From Candidatus Eiseniibacteriota bacterium (GTDB lineage: Bacteria > Eisenbacteria > RBG-16-71-46): a stretch of DNA of 64,000 nt. The DNA is taken from contig JBGAML010000017.1 of the NCBI GenBank assembly GCA_044223005.1, positions 32,001 through 96,000 on the forward strand. The letters run 5' to 3'. The notes beneath the pieces are model-generated. The model saw nothing but the letters and a program-made list of their open reading frames with translations, did not search any database and was not told the origin of the DNA. Numbering within the stretch: the first letter of the stretch is position 1; each line of letters opens with the position of its first letter. The position numbers and the translations under genes are program-made. Below are positions 8,859 to 18,366 of this stretch, one piece after another.

Positions 8859-10025
8859 CTACGCCTTCGCGGCCGCCACCACCGCGGCCTGCACGCGGCG
8901 CATGACCTCGTCCAGTTCGTCGTCGCGCGTGTAGAAGTGCGGCGCCAGCCGGATCCCGACGCCCGGCCGGAAGTCCAGCAGCACGTCCTGCGCGAGCAGG
9001 TCGCGGCAGACGGCTTCGGCGTTCGGCAGGTCCAGGCACACCGTGCCGCCGCGGCGGGCGTCTTCGCGTGGCGAGCCGACGCGGAAGCCCATCTCGTCCG
9101 CCAGCGCCAGCAGCCGCCCCGTCTGGCGCAGCGACTTGGCGCGCACGGCCGCCGCGCCGATCTCGGCCAGCAGCGTGAAGCCCGGCCGCGCGGCGCAGTA
9201 TGCCGGGATGCAGGGCGTGCCGTTCGCGAACCGGCGATCGCCTGCGTGCAGGCGCGTGGGGCCCGAGTCGAACGCGAACGGCGCCTCGTGCCCGAACCAG
9301 CCCGTGAGTGCGGGCCGCAGGGCCGGGGCGAGCGAAGGTTTCACGTACAGCCATCCCGTGCCCGGTCCGCCGCAGAGCCACTTGATCGAGCCGCCCGTCA
9401 TGAGGTCCACGTCCGCCGCCGTGACGTCGACGTCGAGCGTGCCCACCGACTGGTACGCGTCCACCAGCGTGAGCGCCCCCACCGCGCGCGCGCGGCGCAC
9501 GACCGGCGCCAGGTCCAGCGCCTGCGCCGTGCGGAAGAGCACGTGCGAGAACGCCACCACCGCCGTGCGCTCGTCGATCGCCGCGACCAGGTCGGCCTCG
9601 TCGATCCGGCGGCCGTCGCGCGGCCGCACGCGGACGATCTCGGCGCCGCGGCGCGCCAGGCCCTCGTACAGGTAGAGCACCGAGGGGAAGTCCTCGTCCG
9701 TGCACACGAGCTTCGGCCGCGCGGGCGTGAAGTCGATGCACGAGAGCGCCACCGCCTGCGCCACCGTCACGTTGGGATGCAGCGACACCGAGCCTTCGGC
9801 CGCACGCACCAGCCGCTCGATCGCGCCCGCGACCTCGCGCGGCACGCCCATCCAGCGCTCTTCCCACGCGCGGATCCCGCGCTCGCGCCACGTACGCGCG
9901 TAGTCGACGAGCGAGTCCTCGACGTCGGCGGGCATCGCGCCCAGCGTGTGCGACGCGAAGTGCAGCGTGCGTTCCACCGTCGGGAAGCGCGAGCGGTACG
10001 CGAGCAGCGGATCGTGCGCGCTCAT
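8859..10025 (-). CDS. kynureninase-like PLP-dependent class V aminotransferase
   Basis: HFASHTLGAMP, SHVLFRT, DAYQSVG, TGGSIKWLCGGPG, GWFGH, RLAPHFY; start MSAHDP overlaps the LOG stop. Confidence 0.85.
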   Translation of the reverse strand: MSAHDPLLAYRSRFPTVERTLHFASHTLGAMPADVEDSLVDYARTWRERGIRAWEERWMGVPREVAGAIERLVRAAEGSVSLHPNVTVAQAVALSCIDFTPARPKLVCTDEDFPSVLYLYEGLARRGAEIVRVRPRDGRRIDEADLVAAIDERTAVVAFSHVLFRTAQALDLAPVVRRARAVGALTLVDAYQSVGTLDVDVTAADVDLMTGGSIKWLCGGPGTGWLYVKPSLAPALRPALTGWFGHEAPFAFDSGPTRLHAGDRRFANGTPCIPAYCAARPGFTLLAEIGAAAVRAKSLRQTGRLLALADEMGFRVGSPREDARRGGTVCLDLPNAEAVCRDLLAQDVLLDFRPGVGIRLAPHFYTRDDELDEVMRRVQAAVVAAAKA

Positions 10026-10639
10026 CGCTCCACCTCCCGCGTCGCCGCGAGGCCGGCGGCGACGCGCGCTGCCGCCGACTCCGGCGTGTCCTCGACCGTG
10101 ACCCAGTGCATCAGCCGCTCCGGCACCATGCCCGGGCCCGCCGTCGCGGTCAGCCACGGACGCCAGTGTGCGCCCATCAGCACGAGCGGCGCGGTCGGGC
10201 GCGCGGAGACGCTGAGCATCGTCCACACGAGGAACAGCTCCGTGAGCGTGCCGATGCTGCCCGTCACCGCGACGAACGCGTCGGCCTCGTGCACCAGGTA
10301 GCGCAGGCGTTCGTAGAGATCCGGAGTGTGCACGCGGTCGCGCACCCAGGCGTTGGCGCCGCCGCGAGCTTCGAACATCTCGACCGTGACGCCGATCACG
10401 AGCCCGCCCGCTTCGTGCGCGCCGCGGCTCGCCGCGGCCATCGCGCCGCCGTAGCCACCCGTCATCACCGCGAACCCGCGCGCCGCGAGCGCCGCGCCCA
10501 GCTGGTGGATCTCGGCGAACTCGGGGTCGCTCTCCACCAGCGTGCTGCTGCCGAAAACCGCGACGACGGGGGGACGTTCGGGGCGCTGCACGGAGAAGCC
10601 TCCTCGATCGGGACCGATGCGGAACGAGCGGAACCGCAT
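10022..10639 (-). CDS. LOG/SLOG family nucleotide-binding protein
   Basis: VAVFGSS, VMTGGYGGAMAAASRGA, ADAFVAVTGSIGTLTELF; the true start may be the GTG near 10591. Confidence 0.9.
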   Translation of the reverse strand: MRFRSFRIGPDRGGFSVQRPERPPVVAVFGSSTLVESDPEFAEIHQLGAALAARGFAVMTGGYGGAMAAASRGAHEAGGLVIGVTVEMFEARGGANAWVRDRVHTPDLYERLRYLVHEADAFVAVTGSIGTLTELFLVWTMLSVSARPTAPLVLMGAHWRPWLTATAGPGMVPERLMHWVTVEDTPESAAARVAAGLAATREVER

Positions 10640-10775
10640 TCTGCCAGAAATGCGGCGCCGTCACGGGGCGGGCGGCCCCATTTCCCGGGAAGGAACCGGA
10701 CTGGTCACCGCCGTCCGTCCGCGCTAGGCTCCCGGTACCACTTGCAGCCGTCTCCCCCCGAACCCAGGTGGTCTC

Positions 10776-12281
10776 ATGCCGCGTCGCCGCACGCAGTCCA
10801 GTTTCCGTCCCCTGTCGCTCGACGGCGAGCGGGACGAACCGCTCCACCGCCAACTCTACGATGAGTTGCGGCGAGCGATCCTCGACGGTCGCATCCCCGC
10901 TGGTTCGCGCCTGCCCGCGAGCCGCGAGCTCTCGAGCGTCTCGCGCGTCTCACGCAACACCGTGCTGAGCGCCTACGAACAGCTGCTCGCGGAAGGCTAC
11001 ATCGAGAGCCGCGCCGGCTCGGGCACGTTCGTCGCCGACGCGATTCCCGAGAAGCAGTTGCCGTCCGCGCCGGCGCCCGCCGAGGCGCCCGAAGTTCCGG
11101 CAGCGCGGCGCCTCGCCCGGCGTGGCGAGATCGTGCGCGACACACCGTTCGCACGACATGCGACGTTGCCGCCTCTGCGCGCGTTCCGTCCCGGCCTGCC
11201 CGCACTGGACCACTTCCCGCTCGATCTCTGGCGCCGCTTGACCGAGCGCCGCATGCGGCATGCGGATCCCCAGTTGCTCGCGTACGGCGACGCACAGGGG
11301 TACCTGCCGCTGCGCGAAGCGATCGCGCATCACCTGTCGGCGTCGCGTGGCGTGCGCTGCGACGCTTCGAACATCGTCGTCATGAACGGCGCACAGCAGG
11401 CCATCAACAGCTGCCTGCGGCTGCTCACCGATCCCGGCGACAGCGTGTGGATGGAGGATCCCGGCTACTTCGCGGCCCGTGCCGTGATCGAAGCGACGAG
11501 CGCGCGCGCCGTCCCCGTCCCCGTCGACGCCGAGGGCCTCGACGTCGCCGAAGGCATCCGACTCGCGCCGCACGCGCGGCTCGCCTACTGCACGCCATCG
11601 CACCAGAACCCGACCGGCGTCACGCTGAGCCTCGCGCGCCGCATGGCGCTGCTGCAGTGGGCACGCACGACCGAGGCCTGGATCGTCGAGGACGACAACG
11701 CCAGCGAGTACCGCTACCTCGGCCGGCCGTTCGGCGCGCTGCAGGGCATCGATCCCAGCCAGCGGGTCATCTACATCGGCACGTTCAGCAAGGTGATGTT
11801 CTCCACCCTGCGCATCGGCTACGCCGTCCTGCCGCACGATCTCGTCGGACCGTTCGTGCGCACGCAGGAACTCGGCATGCGCGGGATCAACACCACCACG
11901 CAGGCCGTGCTCGCGGACTTCATGCACGAGGGACATTTCGCCCGGCACGTCCGCCGCATGCGCACGCTCTACCAGTCGCGCCTCGTGGCGCTCGAGCGCG
12001 CGGTCGAGAAGCATGCCGCCGACCTGCTGGAGCTGCTGCCGATCGAGGGCGGCCTCAACCGGCTCGCGCTGCTGCCCGCCGGCATGGACGACACGGCCGC
12101 GTCCGAGGCGCTCTTCCAGCGCGGGATCCTCGCCGCGCCGCTCTCGGCGTCCTGCCTCAAGCCACGCGAGCGCGGCGGACTGGTGCTCGGCTTCGCGGCC
12201 GTGGACGAATCCGAAATGCCGGCCGCGGTCGAGCGGCTCGCCGCGACGCTGCGCACGCTGCCGCGGCGGCCGCCCGCGTGA
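10776..12281 (+). CDS. MocR/GabR (PdxR-like) GntR regulator with aminotransferase domain
   Basis: wHTH GSRLPASREL...VSRNTVLSAYEQLLAEGYI; EDPGY, TPSHQNPTG, IVEDD, YIGTFSK with the PLP lysine. Confidence 0.95.
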   Translation: MPRRRTQSSFRPLSLDGERDEPLHRQLYDELRRAILDGRIPAGSRLPASRELSSVSRVSRNTVLSAYEQLLAEGYIESRAGSGTFVADAIPEKQLPSAPAPAEAPEVPAARRLARRGEIVRDTPFARHATLPPLRAFRPGLPALDHFPLDLWRRLTERRMRHADPQLLAYGDAQGYLPLREAIAHHLSASRGVRCDASNIVVMNGAQQAINSCLRLLTDPGDSVWMEDPGYFAARAVIEATSARAVPVPVDAEGLDVAEGIRLAPHARLAYCTPSHQNPTGVTLSLARRMALLQWARTTEAWIVEDDNASEYRYLGRPFGALQGIDPSQRVIYIGTFSKVMFSTLRIGYAVLPHDLVGPFVRTQELGMRGINTTTQAVLADFMHEGHFARHVRRMRTLYQSRLVALERAVEKHAADLLELLPIEGGLNRLALLPAGMDDTAASEALFQRGILAAPLSASCLKPRERGGLVLGFAAVDESEMPAAVERLAATLRTLPRRPPA

Positions 12282-12655
12282 GCGACGACGTCCGCGTCGC
12301 CGGACCGGGGGACACCTCCGCCGACGGCGCGGTCGTCCGCTTCGGCATCGAACTGGACGGCGTGCGCCGCGACGCGTTCGCCGTGCGCTGGCGCGGGCAG
12401 TGGCATGCGTGGCTCGACGTTTGCCGCCATCAGTCGCTGCGCCTCACCGCCAGCGACGGGCACGTGCTCGACGCCGCCGACGGCACGCTGGTGTGCGCAC
12501 ACCACGGCGCGCGCTACCGCCCCGACACGGGCGAGTGCGTCGCGGGGCCCTGCCGTGGCGCGTTCCTCGGCGCGCTCGCGCTCGAGGAGCGCGACGGCGC
12601 GCTCTGGTGCACCGGACGCGCGAAGCGCCCGGGCGAGGACCGCCCGGGCGCCTGA
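12278..12655 (+). CDS. Rieske [2Fe-2S] ferredoxin-like protein
   Basis: CRHQ and CAHHGARY...TGECVAGPC motifs; GTG overlaps the MocR stop. Confidence 0.85.
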   Translation: MSDDVRVAGPGDTSADGAVVRFGIELDGVRRDAFAVRWRGQWHAWLDVCRHQSLRLTASDGHVLDAADGTLVCAHHGARYRPDTGECVAGPCRGAFLGALALEERDGALWCTGRAKRPGEDRPGA

Positions 12656-12673
12656 GTTCGCGGCCGCCGCGCG

Positions 12674-13342
12674 TCAGCGCTTCGGCGTGTTCCGGTTGAC
12701 CACGATCCCCGCGTCGGTGACGTCGAGGAACCCCACCAGCCGCGCGTGACGCCGCACGGCATCGCCCAGGTCGCGGGCTTCGCCGTCCTTCACGATCGCC
12801 CGCGCGAGCGCCGCCGAGAGCACCAGCGGGTGGCCGCGGTGACCGCGATGGCGGGGAATCAGCGCGTAGCGGAAGTCCTTCGCCTTGCTCTTGCCGAACG
12901 CGCCCAGCGCCTGCGCCATCACCGCGGAGAGCTGCGCGACCGTGGCCGGCTTCACTTCGGGGTGGTCGACGGGGAGCACGAGGACCGACGTCGGGCGCGA
13001 GCGAAGCGCCTCCGCGAGACCGACGCGGGCCGAGCCATACATGCCGCGTGCCCAGGCGCGATTCGTCTCGAAGCGCAGTTCCAGCGCGCGGGCACCGTGC
13101 CGCCGCGCCGCGTGCAGGTCCGGCGAGAGCGCGCCCGCTTCGACGAGGCGCGAGAACTCCGCCTCGGCACTGCCCCGCACCTCGGCCGCGTGCGAACCGA
13201 GCACCGCGACGACGATGTCGCAGCCCGCCCAGAGCGCGCGCACGCCGTGCGCGAGGAACGACTGGTTCTTCCATTTCACGAGCGCCTTGGGTTGCCCCAT
13301 GCGCGTGGACGCCCCCGCCGCCAGCAGTACTCCGACGTTCAT
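12674..13342 (-). CDS. mocA: molybdenum cofactor cytidylyltransferase MocA-like
   Basis: GVLLAAGASTRMGQPKAL, GMYGS, LPVDHP, RGHP; located in a xanthine-dehydrogenase-family operon. Confidence 0.8.
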   Translation of the reverse strand: MNVGVLLAAGASTRMGQPKALVKWKNQSFLAHGVRALWAGCDIVVAVLGSHAAEVRGSAEAEFSRLVEAGALSPDLHAARRHGARALELRFETNRAWARGMYGSARVGLAEALRSRPTSVLVLPVDHPEVKPATVAQLSAVMAQALGAFGKSKAKDFRYALIPRHRGHRGHPLVLSAALARAIVKDGEARDLGDAVRRHARLVGFLDVTDAGIVVNRNTPKR

Positions 13343-14274
13343 GCCTCGCTCCCTCCGTCGCCGGGCCTTGCGGCGGGGACCGCCGCGGCCGAGCCCGGCC
13401 GTTCCTTGGCTCGCGGCACCCAGCCGCGCTCCGGCACGCCTCCGCGACGCACCGCCACCAGTTCCGCCATCACGCTGACCGCGATCTCCTCCGGCGTCTG
13501 CGCGCCGATCGAGACCCCGAGCGGCGTGCGCAACCGCGCGATCTGCTCGTCCGTGAAACCGCGGGCCTGGAGCCGCAGCGCGAACTTCCGCTGCTTCGCC
13601 AGGCTGCCGATCATGCCCGTGAAGTGCAACGGGCGCCGCAACAGCTCCTGCACGACGTGCTGGTCCAGCGCGTGGTCGTGCGTGACCACGATCGCCCAGT
13701 CGCGCTCGGTCAGCGCCAGCTCGCGGGCCGCGGATTCGGGCTCGCGACAGAGCACCGTCATGCCGGGAAAACGCTCCGGCGTCGCCCACTCCTCGCGGCC
13801 GTCGATCACCGTGACCGCGAAGCCGCAGGCCGAGGCCAGCGCCGCGATCGGACGCGCCACGTAACCGGCGCCGAACACGAACAGGCGCGGCGGCGACTCG
13901 AGCACCTCGAGATGGACGACCATCTCGCCGCCGCAGCACATGCCGAGGTCCTGGGTGAGGTGCTTCTTGATCGTGCGCACCGCTTCGCCCGAGGCGAGCA
14001 GCGCGGCCGCCTCGCTCAGGGCCTCGTACTCGATCGCACCGCCGCCGATCGAGCCGACGGTGTGCCCGTCGCTGTCGCGCAGCATGTGCGTCCCCGGCTT
14101 GCGCGGCGTGAACCCGCGCGACTCGACGACCGTGAGCAGCACCATGCGCCGCCCCTCGGCACGCCACCGCGCGAGCGCCGCCCAGACGTCCGGTTCGCGC
14201 GCTTCGCCGAAGGCGGCGAGCGACGCGTGCGCCGGACGCTCGCCCGGAGGCGGTCCGCCGTGGGCTTCGTTCAT
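13339..14274 (-). CDS. xdhC: XdhC/CoxI family molybdoenzyme maturation factor
   Basis: GSIGGGAIE, LGMCCGG, VFGAGYVA, VVTHDHALD, GMIGS, GAQTPEEIAVS. Confidence 0.93.
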   Translation of the reverse strand: MNEAHGGPPPGERPAHASLAAFGEAREPDVWAALARWRAEGRRMVLLTVVESRGFTPRKPGTHMLRDSDGHTVGSIGGGAIEYEALSEAAALLASGEAVRTIKKHLTQDLGMCCGGEMVVHLEVLESPPRLFVFGAGYVARPIAALASACGFAVTVIDGREEWATPERFPGMTVLCREPESAARELALTERDWAIVVTHDHALDQHVVQELLRRPLHFTGMIGSLAKQRKFALRLQARGFTDEQIARLRTPLGVSIGAQTPEEIAVSVMAELVAVRRGGVPERGWVPRAKERPGSAAAVPAARPGDGGSEA

Positions 14275-15263
14275 GACGTCTCCTCTCCCCACATCTCCCG
14301 CAACGCCCGCGCCACGAACACCGGCACCATCTCGTGCCGCCACTCGGGATCGTACGGAACGTTGGTGAGCGGCCGGCACTGCTGCTTCGCCGCGGCGGCC
14401 ACCGCGGCCACACGGGCCGCGTCCGCCGGCTGCCCCACGATCATCTCATCCAGGCCACCCACCACGCGAGGCCGCGCCCCGAGCGCCCCGACCACGACCC
14501 GCAGCGACTCGATCCGCTCGCGCGCACCGCGGGACGCGACCGCGACCGACAGCATGGGGAAATCGATGGCGCCGCGCGGCCGCAGCTTGCGATAGGCCTG
14601 ACGCATGCCGCGCGCCGCCGCCGGGATCCGGATGCGCGTGACCAGTTCCTCCGGCCGGAGCACGTTGTTGTGCACGCCGTCGCCGACGAAGAACGCGTCC
14701 ACGTCGAGCCAGCGCCGGCCCGCGGCGGAGGCGATCTCGACCTCCGCGCCCAGCGCGATCAGCACCGGAGCCACGTCGGACGAGTGCGCGGCGACGCAGC
14801 GCTTGCCCTGCGGCACCACGTGACAGCGCGTGCCGTCCTTCTTGAGGCAGAAGCCGAGCGCCTCGCGCCAGAAGTACGTCTGGTTGTAGTACGTGCAGCG
14901 CGTGTCGAGGCAGAGGTTGCCGCCCAGCGTGCCCATCGCGCGGATCTGCGGCGAGGCCACGAGCGCCGCCGCGGTCGCGATCGCCGGGTGTGCCGCGCGT
15001 ACGCGCGCATCGGCGGCGAGCTCGCGCAGCGTGGTGCCCGCGCCCAGCTCGAGCGCACCGTCCACCTCGCGCACGCCGCGCAGTTCGGCGAGGCGCGCGA
15101 GGTGCACGATGCGCTTCGGCTCGTGCAGCCGGTGCTTGAGGTTCGGGACCGCGTCGGTGCCGCCCGCGACCACGAGGCACTCGCCCGGATGCTCGGCGAG
15201 CAGGCGCAGCGCCGCGTCCAGCGTCGCCGGCGCCTCCCACGCGAAGCGCGGCAGCGTCAGCAT
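14271..15263 (-). CDS. xanthine dehydrogenase family FAD subunit with [4Fe-4S] insertion (HcrB-like)
   Basis: AGGTD, ASPQIRAMGTLGGNLC, 4-Cys insert RCTYYNQ...FCLKKDGTRCHV...KRCVA, YRKLRPRGAIDFP. Confidence 0.9.
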   Translation of the reverse strand: MLTLPRFAWEAPATLDAALRLLAEHPGECLVVAGGTDAVPNLKHRLHEPKRIVHLARLAELRGVREVDGALELGAGTTLRELAADARVRAAHPAIATAAALVASPQIRAMGTLGGNLCLDTRCTYYNQTYFWREALGFCLKKDGTRCHVVPQGKRCVAAHSSDVAPVLIALGAEVEIASAAGRRWLDVDAFFVGDGVHNNVLRPEELVTRIRIPAAARGMRQAYRKLRPRGAIDFPMLSVAVASRGARERIESLRVVVGALGARPRVVGGLDEMIVGQPADAARVAAVAAAAKQQCRPLTNVPYDPEWRHEMVPVFVARALREMWGEETS

Positions 15264-17734
15264 CGCGCCGCTCCCTGCGCCGCACGCGCCCGCTCCCACG
15301 CGGCGCGGGCGTCGCCGGCCCGCAGCAGCGCGAGCACGCGCGGCGGCGAGAACGGCAGCCGGTCGCAGCGGATCCCGAGCGCGTCGTGGATGGCGTTCGC
15401 GATCGCGGGCACGCTCGGGTGCAGCGGCCCCTCGCCCGCCTCCTTCGCGCCGTAGGGACCTTCGGGGTCGATCGATTCCACGATGCGCGAGTGCAGCGCC
15501 GGCGAATCGAGCGCGGTCGGCATGCGGTAGTCGAGCAGCGAGGGCCCGTGGTGCAGGCCGAACCCGTGGCCCGGCGCCGCCGGCTTGTAGACCTGCTCCT
15601 CGAACAGCGCCTCCGCGAAGCCCATCCAGGCGCTGCCCTCCATCTGCCCCTCGACCGTCACCGGGTTGAGCGCGCGGCCGCAGTCGTGCGCGACCCAGAT
15701 CGAGTTCACGCGCACGAACCCGGTCTCGGGATCGCAGTCCACCTCCGCGACGTGCGCGGTGAACGAGTACGTGGGCGAAGCGCCGATCGTGCCGCCTCGG
15801 TAGTCGCCGCCCAGCTTGGGCGACTGGTACCAGCCGGTCGAGCCCAGCGTGCCGTAGCGCGACTCGGCGAGCTGGAACGCCTCCTTCACGCTCATGGCGT
15901 GGCGCTGCGGATCGCTCGTCGCGCAGGCCACGCCGCGCGCCAGCACGATCTCGCCCTTCGGCACGCCCCAGTGCGCGGCGAGCGCCTCGGCAACCTGCTC
16001 GCGCAGGCGGCGCGCCGCGTCGAGGCAGGCATTGCCGACCATGAACGTCTCGCGGCTCGAGTACGAGCCCAGGTCCACCGGCGTCAGGTCGGTGTCCGCG
16101 GCGACCACGCGCACGTCGCGCAGGTCGAGCCCCAGCTCCTCGCAGGTGATCCACGCCAGTACGGAGTCCACACCCTGGCCGATGTCGCTGCAGCCGCAGA
16201 ACACCGTGGCGCGGCCGCTGCGGTCGAGCTTGAGCTGCACGCCCGCCTGCGGCATCTCGTTCGGGTAGATGCAGTAGTTGGTGCCGCTGATGTACGTGCT
16301 GCCCGCGACGCCGATGCCGCGGCCGTACGGCAGCCGGCGGAACTTCTCGCGCCAGCCGCTCGCACGCTCGACCTGCTCGAGGCACTCGCGGAAGCCGTTC
16401 GACGTGACGCGCATGCCGTTCACGGTCCGCGTGTCCGCGCCGAGCGCATTGCGGCGGCGCACCTCGATCGGATCCAGCCCCACGGCCTCGGCGAGCTTGT
16501 CCAGTTGGCACTCGAACGCGAACCGCGGCTGCACCGAGCCGTGCCCGCGCTTGGGCCCGCAGGCCGGCTTGTTCGTGAACACACGCGTCGAGTCGAACCG
16601 GTAGGCCGGGAACTCGTACGGTGCCGTGAGCAGCTGGCCCGAGTAGTACGTGGTCACGAGCCCGAACGAGCTGTACGCGCCGCCGTCCAGTTGCACGACC
16701 GCGTCCGTGCCCGTCAACTTGCCGTCGCGGTTCATGCCGGTGCGGTAGCGCAGGCGCATCGGGTGGCGCCCGCGGTGCGCGTAGAACACTTCCTCGCGCG
16801 TGTAGAGGATCTTCACCGGCCGCCCGGTCACCATGGCCAGCTTCGCCGCGCAGAACTCGAGCGAGAACGGTTCGCTCTTGCCCCCGAACGCGCCGCCCAC
16901 GACCGGCTGGATCACGCGGATCCGCTGCGTCGGCAACTCGAGCACCTTGGCGAGATCGCGATGCAGGTAGTGCGCGACCTGCGTGCTCGACCACACGGTG
17001 AGGAAGCCCGTCGCGTCGTACTCGGCGACGCAGCAGTGCGGCTCGATCGGCGCGTGCGTGGAGCCCTCGTACCAGTAGTCGCCCTCGATCACCACGTCGC
17101 TGTTGGCGAGCGCCGCGTCGACCGGGCCGAACTCGAGGCGCACCTGCTTGCTGATGTTGCCCTCGGCCGCCTTCTCGTTCACCTGCCACTCGGGGTGCGC
17201 CAGCGCCTCGTCGATGTCGGTCACCGCCGGCAGCGGCTCGTACTCGACGCGGATCGCGCGCAGCGCGTCTTCGGCCGTGCGCTCGTCGTCCGCGGCCACG
17301 GCCGCGATCGCATCGCCGACGTAGCGCGCCTTATCGGTGCACAACGCCTGCTCGTCCTGCGTCCACGGGATGATGCCGAAGTATTCCGGCATGTCCTTCC
17401 CCGTCACCACCGCGTGCACGCCGGGCATCGCCAGCGCCGCGCTCGCGTCGATCGCGCGGATGCGCGCGTGCGCGTGGAGCGAGCGCAGGAGCTTGGCGTG
17501 CAGCATGCGTGGCAGCACGAGGTCGTCGGCGTAGACCGCGCGGCCCGTGACCTTCGCGAGCCCCTCGACCTTGCGGTTGCGCTGCCCCACCACGTGGAAC
17601 GCGTCGCCGTTGGGCGGGCCCGTGCGGCCGCGCTCCCACGCGGGCGGCACCAGGCGCTGCTCGCTCGGCATGCTGCGGCCGGTCGGGACCTGCATGCCCG
17701 CCGGACGGGCCGCCTTGTCGCGCGGCTCGCTCAC
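15257..17734 (-). CDS. xanthine dehydrogenase family molybdopterin-binding subunit (HcrA-like)
   Basis: KVTGRAVYADD, HAPIEPH, VGGAFGGK, CGPKRGHG, DIGQG, DLGSYSSR, HDCGRALNP..VEGQ, GPYGAKEAGE; GTG start overlaps the upstream stop. Confidence 0.92.
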   Translation of the reverse strand: MSEPRDKAARPAGMQVPTGRSMPSEQRLVPPAWERGRTGPPNGDAFHVVGQRNRKVEGLAKVTGRAVYADDLVLPRMLHAKLLRSLHAHARIRAIDASAALAMPGVHAVVTGKDMPEYFGIIPWTQDEQALCTDKARYVGDAIAAVAADDERTAEDALRAIRVEYEPLPAVTDIDEALAHPEWQVNEKAAEGNISKQVRLEFGPVDAALANSDVVIEGDYWYEGSTHAPIEPHCCVAEYDATGFLTVWSSTQVAHYLHRDLAKVLELPTQRIRVIQPVVGGAFGGKSEPFSLEFCAAKLAMVTGRPVKILYTREEVFYAHRGRHPMRLRYRTGMNRDGKLTGTDAVVQLDGGAYSSFGLVTTYYSGQLLTAPYEFPAYRFDSTRVFTNKPACGPKRGHGSVQPRFAFECQLDKLAEAVGLDPIEVRRRNALGADTRTVNGMRVTSNGFRECLEQVERASGWREKFRRLPYGRGIGVAGSTYISGTNYCIYPNEMPQAGVQLKLDRSGRATVFCGCSDIGQGVDSVLAWITCEELGLDLRDVRVVAADTDLTPVDLGSYSSRETFMVGNACLDAARRLREQVAEALAAHWGVPKGEIVLARGVACATSDPQRHAMSVKEAFQLAESRYGTLGSTGWYQSPKLGGDYRGGTIGASPTYSFTAHVAEVDCDPETGFVRVNSIWVAHDCGRALNPVTVEGQMEGSAWMGFAEALFEEQVYKPAAPGHGFGLHHGPSLLDYRMPTALDSPALHSRIVESIDPEGPYGAKEAGEGPLHPSVPAIANAIHDALGIRCDRLPFSPPRVLALLRAGDARAAWERARAAQGAARC

Positions 17735-18219
17735 GCGCCGCCCCGCCGCTCGCGCGCCGCGAGCTCCACGGCATCGAGGATCTTCTCGTAGCCCGTGCAC
17801 CGGCACAGGTTGCCCGAGAGCGCGTGCGCGATCTCGGCGCGCGTCGGGGACGGCGTGCGTTCGAGCAGCGCGACGGCGCTCATGAGCATGCCCGGCGTGC
17901 AGAAGCCGCACTGCGCGCCGCCCGTGCGATCGAAGGCGTCCTGCAGCGGATGCGGGCGGCCCGGGGACGCGAGCCCCTCCACGGTCGTCACCGCCCGGCC
18001 GGCACACGCCAGCGCCAGCGTGAGGCACGCGAGCACCGGCTGGCCGTCGAGCAGCACCGTGCAGGCGCCGCAGTCTCCCTTGTCGCAGCCCTGCTTGCTG
18101 CCCGTGAGCCCGAGGCGATAGCGCAGCAGCTCGAGCAGCGTCGTGGCGGGCTCGACCGCACACTCGCGGGCGTCGCCGTTCACGGTGAGCCTGCAGGGCA
18201 CCGTCGACGTGTCGTCCAA
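17731..18219 (-). CDS. (2Fe-2S)-binding small subunit (HcrC/CoxS-like)
   Basis: KQGCDKGDCGACTV...AC, AQCGFCTPG, GNLCRCTGY; TTG start after GGAGGGAG. Confidence 0.93.
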   Translation of the reverse strand: MDDTSTVPCRLTVNGDARECAVEPATTLLELLRYRLGLTGSKQGCDKGDCGACTVLLDGQPVLACLTLALACAGRAVTTVEGLASPGRPHPLQDAFDRTGGAQCGFCTPGMLMSAVALLERTPSPTRAEIAHALSGNLCRCTGYEKILDAVELAARERRGGA

Positions 18220-18264
18220 GCACTCCCTCCGGGGGCAACGCGTTGCGTGCGGCGCCAGGGGCGG

Positions 18265-18293
18265 ATTGAAGCCCGGGACCGCGCGGGTGTCAA
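18265..18293 (-). promoter_or_regulatory. putative sigma70 promoter of the molybdoenzyme operon
   Basis: minus strand TTGACA-17 nt-TTCAAT. Confidence 0.6.
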
Positions 18294-18331
18294 CGCCGCG
18301 ACGGGCGCGGCCCGAGCGGCCCCGCGCCGTC

Positions 18332-18360
18332 TTGCCGCCCATCGGGAGGGCGTGCATCAT
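18332..18360 (+). promoter_or_regulatory. putative promoter, possibly leaderless, for the FAD oxidoreductase
   Basis: TTGCCG-17 nt-CATCAT, then 6 nt to the ATG at 18367. Confidence 0.45.
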
Positions 18361-18366
18361 GCCGGC

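Noticed and set aside
8859..10853. 664-aa ORF suggesting a fusion with the kynureninase
   Set aside because: The N-terminal part overlaps the LOG gene in another frame; the real start is at 10025. The same artefact extends the fdhD, mocA, FAD subunit, pdxS and other ORFs in the track
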